A stretch of 63,966 nucleotides of DNA, the filler included, from Olpidium bornovanus S191 (lineage: Eukaryota > Fungi > Olpidiomycota): assembly GCA_017911155.1 (NCBI GenBank). It is 22 parts of 22 records of this genome, joined end to end, with 100 filler letters (N's around TTAATTAATTAA, not from the genome) between each part and the next. Parts side by side here need not be neighbours in the genome. Positions count along the whole stretch, not along the records: positions 60,515 to 62,834 come from JAEFCI010012283.1; positions 62,935 to 63,966 come from JAEFCI010000910.1; 20 more parts are not named here. The stretch is one strand, 5' to 3'. A program made the position numbers and the translations under genes. Positions 60,415 through 63,966 of the stretch are shown here, in pieces; position 1 is the first letter of the stretch; each line of letters begins with the position of its first letter. The notes below the pieces were generated by a model that ran no database searches, had not been told where the DNA came from, and was given only the letters and a program-made list of their open reading frames with translations.

Positions 60415-63400
60415 NNNNNNNNNNNNNNNNNNNNNNNNNNNNNNNNNNNNNNNNNNNNTTAATTAATTAANNNNNNNNNNNNNNNNNNNNNNNNNNNNNN
60501 NNNNNNNNNNNNNNCCCCCCCCCCCCCCCTCGGTCGCTCTCTCCGGCGCCACCCCCCTCCCCCCCCCCCCCCCCCCCCCCCCCATCCCCCCCCCCCTTCG
60601 CCGCCGTCTCGTCGTCCGAGCGGAGAAATATAGCCGTTTCCCGCCGCCCAGTCGCAGTCGTCAGCAGCAAGCAGAGGTCAACAGGGGAAGCGTTTTGGCA
60701 CCGCAGAGCTTCGCACCGAACGCCCGCCGGCGAACGAGAAGCGGCCGAACGTACGGCAGCGCAAGCGCCCCACGGCCCCAGGCGAGCAAGCGACGTTTTC
60801 AGCGGGTTTTGCCAGCACAGTGCGGCGCCCGGGTCGATCTCGCGTATTATGTGCCACGTTGTAATTTCCCCTGCGCGCGAGCGCCGGAGAGCCACGTGAT
60901 CGCCGTCCCCCCCTCTTCGCACCCCCCCTTCCTCGAACCCCCCTGACCCCTGACCCCCTTTATTCTCCGCAGCAGGACGGGGCCCCCGCGAGGAGGGATC
61001 CCGTATGAACGCTCGGGCGTGTCACAGAGCAGGCCAGCCAAGTCGGTGGGGGAATAGGTGGCGGAGGGAGGGGGAGGTGAGGGAGACGGGGGGGGGGAAA
61101 GGGGGGGGGAAGAGTCATCTATCTACGTGCACCTGTTCTATTCTCTTTTTTTTTTTGTTATTTCCTCTGCCAGCCAACTCCGGCCGCAAAGCTCACTGCC
61201 ATGACTATACAACGCAAAGGAACACGGCCGGGGAGGAGTGCCCTCGCGAGCTTTACGATGGGGGTGGGCGGGGCCCGGAGTGCGGGCAGAGCTGTTGCGG
61301 GAGGCTCGGCGTGAATAATTCAACGCTTTTCGCAAACGCCGCGGAAAAAAAAAAAAAAAAAAAACGCTCGCGTTTCTCGCAGGAATGAAAAAAAAAAAAA
61401 AAAAAAAAGAGAGAACCCGGAAAAACAATCGGCCGCGTAACAAAAAAGAAGCAGAAAGAAGGCGCTTGCCCGGGCAAACCCAGTCTCTTGTGTTTTGTCC
61501 CGTGGGAAGGCGGGAAAAAGTGGGGGGCGGGGAGAGGGGGGGGAGGGGGATGCGATCGGAAATTGGGCGTTCGAAATACGTGGCAAGCGGCCCTGCGGGG
61601 TTGAATCTTTAATTGGCAGGGGGGGGGAAGACGACGAAAAACACGACCACCGCTTTAATTCCGACGTTGAACCCCGCTTTACTGACTTCGGGATGGGCCG
61701 GTGCCCTCCAGCCCGTTGTCTCCGGCTCGCATTCCTTTCGATTACGCCTTCCCCCCCCCCATTTTTCACCCCATCCATAGTAAAGTTATGTGATATTTCC
61801 ACAGGACGTGCAAGCTCGCGCGGATGTTACAGGATGACAGGCGCCCCAAATTTCCCGCAACACGGAAATTTCCAGCTTTGCTCGCGGCGAAGATTATAAC
61901 TTGGACTCCAGGCAGAGAGCACCACACTTTAGACCAACTTCACTATGCTGATGTTCTTTACGTAACGCACGTGTCTGTGTAGAAACGTGGCAAACAACTT
62001 CCTTTCGATTTTTCTCCCGGTTATGTTAACAACACATTATTAACGTCCGATTTTGTTAACACCGTGTTTCTACCTGACACCCCTAACGGTGACGGTCACA
62101 ATGTCGGGAGGTTCCACACCGCGATCGACACCCGCGAAGGCCCCCGGCCGCCCGCGATCACCGCCCAGCTGCGTTCGGGACCGAGAAAACTATCGGCCAT
62201 CGATATGCGGCCGGTCGAGGCAGGGCGGAAGCGAACGCAATGCACTGCGGTCAACGAAAAAGCAAACTGCGGGGACCGTATGAAGGAAACGACCGGTAAA
62301 CGCCGTCATCAGCGGAAGCCCGCGAATTCCGGCCTCGCAGCGAGCATCGGCACTGCCACCTCTCCAGTAGGGGAAGTTGCGGCCACCGAGACACCCCGAG
62401 CGCGGAGGGGGAGCCGCCGTCGAATAACCCGGTCAGCCTCCAATGAACCGTCGTGACAGGGCTTGCGGGTCGGGCGTCCTGCGGCCGCAGCGCTCAAAAG
62501 CTCGTTGGAACCCAACGTAGCTGCGCACCCGGGGTCGGCAATCAGCCTCTTTGGACGCGCAAAACGAACCAACACAAGCCTGAAGCGATCCACCGTCCCG
62601 CCGCACCGGCGCGCCACGCCGTCTTCTGGGTGCTCCTAGCCTCGTAAATACAGCAAGAGCACCGGAGCTAGGCCATTGACGGTTGTGACAGCATTTTTTT
62701 TTTTTCTCGCCGCCATGCACGAGTCGCGAAACTTTCCAGCACCGAAATCGAGGAGCGTCCCAGACGGCGCCGCGAACGAGAGCGGTCGCGCCGGCGCATC
62801 CTGCAAATTCAAACTCCGCGGCAGTTCCGTTCCGNNNNNNNNNNNNNNNNNNNNNNNNNNNNNNNNNNNNNNNNNNNNTTAATTAATTAANNNNNNNNNN
62901 NNNNNNNNNNNNNNNNNNNNNNNNNNNNNNNNNNCATGTACACTTTACCTTTCCACCAAACCTCTTTCCGCACGTTAAAGATACTATATCCGCGTAAAAA
63001 GACCGCGGCCCCCGTTATATATATATAAACATATATAAAAGTTCACCGCTAGACCAAAAGAAAACAAGAACCGTCTTTTTCCTTTTGTCTCCACGTAAAC
63101 TCTGGGCGGAGAAACTTGACCGGGGGAGGTGTAATTAATTGGTGACGGTCTCGATCGTACCAACACCAACGCGAATGTAAGCGACGTGCGTAAAACACTG
63201 AACCGTGGGCAAATTGCGCAAGCTCCCGCAACATAAACTTTATATTATTATCTACATAAACATCACATCACATTGATAAAATCAACGCTAGTTTATTGTC
63301 TTAGTTGTCCCTCGCGCTTCCCCGTCGAGCACCCTGAGCTCTCACCCCCTGCTTCTGCTTCTCTCGTTTTGTTCCTTTGCGTCTCGCCCGCTCTAAGCCA

Positions 63401-63966
63401 CGGCTTAGAGCTTCCTTCTCACGCGCGCTCCTGTCCCTCGTCACACTCCAATCCTCTGCTCTCGTCGCAGACGGCGAATACCAACTCGTGTTATAGTTTA
63501 AACCTGGAATTGGTTATAGCCATATCAAACTATGTCCAGGTTAAACTAAAGCAGGGGGGCGGCCGAGCCTGTAGTTGGAACCCAGATGTAATTCCTCGGT
63601 CGGCTGCGTCGAATGTTGGCTGCGGCCGCCCGAAACGAGAGCGACTGTCGCGGGTCGCTTCCCCCTTTCTCAAGTCCTGGTCGACCGGCACTTGGCGCGC
63701 GAAGTCCCCCGACTCGTACTCTGTCAAGGGTGGACGGTACCAGCGAGCGACGGGAGCAGGCGAGAGCGGGGGGTAAGTCCGTCCACACGCGCCGCCAAGC
63801 CGCCCCCACCCCCCCCCCCCCCCCCCCCCTCCCGCCCCCCCCCTCCCGCCCCGCCACTTCCAAACGGTACTTTCCGTGCCGGAAAGTGGGGGGGGGTGTC
63901 GCAGCTGCGACAGCGCGCTCTCCGCCTTCGCACACACAACACACACGCGGAGTTGCGGCGTGCGGG

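Noticed and set aside
61640-61700. FNSDVEPRFTDFGM as a kinase DFG exon
   Set aside because: No other kinase motifs or convincing splice sites nearby.

Overview
This window is not one locus. It is 22 unrelated short contigs (about 1-5.6 kb) joined by 21 artificial 100-bp linkers (N44-TTAATTAATTAA-N44), so nothing can be inferred from adjacency across linkers. The DNA is eukaryotic, GC-rich and intron-dense, with long homopolymer runs. It carries fungal-type housekeeping genes or fragments (SEC23, HEM15, SBA1, DBP5, HAP5, GCN3, RPN7, TOM40, RPS16, RPS26, formin, stomatin, anillin/Bud4-like) together with axonemal genes (CFAP46, WDR78/DNAI4). My inference is a zoosporic early-diverging fungus, possibly Olpidium-like. 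Transposon relics include hAT, several Ty3/gypsy pieces and one LTR family seen twice. Most of the long GC-rich ORFs in the track are shadow ORFs. Most notable observations: (1) a guanylate-binding protein (GBP) gene whose G2 motif is only recovered through a 15-nt micro-exon; (2) a complete 1194-aa tandem-CH plus helical-rod gene that does not look like ordinary fungal alpha-actinin; (3) an AP-4 sigma-like relic; (4) a conserved GTCC-N(0-3)-TTGGGCTCATAACCTG motif found four times on three contigs, next to different tandem arrays including a ~185-bp repeat; (5) 12 of 42 contig ends fall exactly on CATG; (6) frame-required micro-exons and poly-A tracts at 3' splice sites. All family assignments come from motif recognition by eye; no searches were run. 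I found no single multi-gene novel system that the sequence can support.
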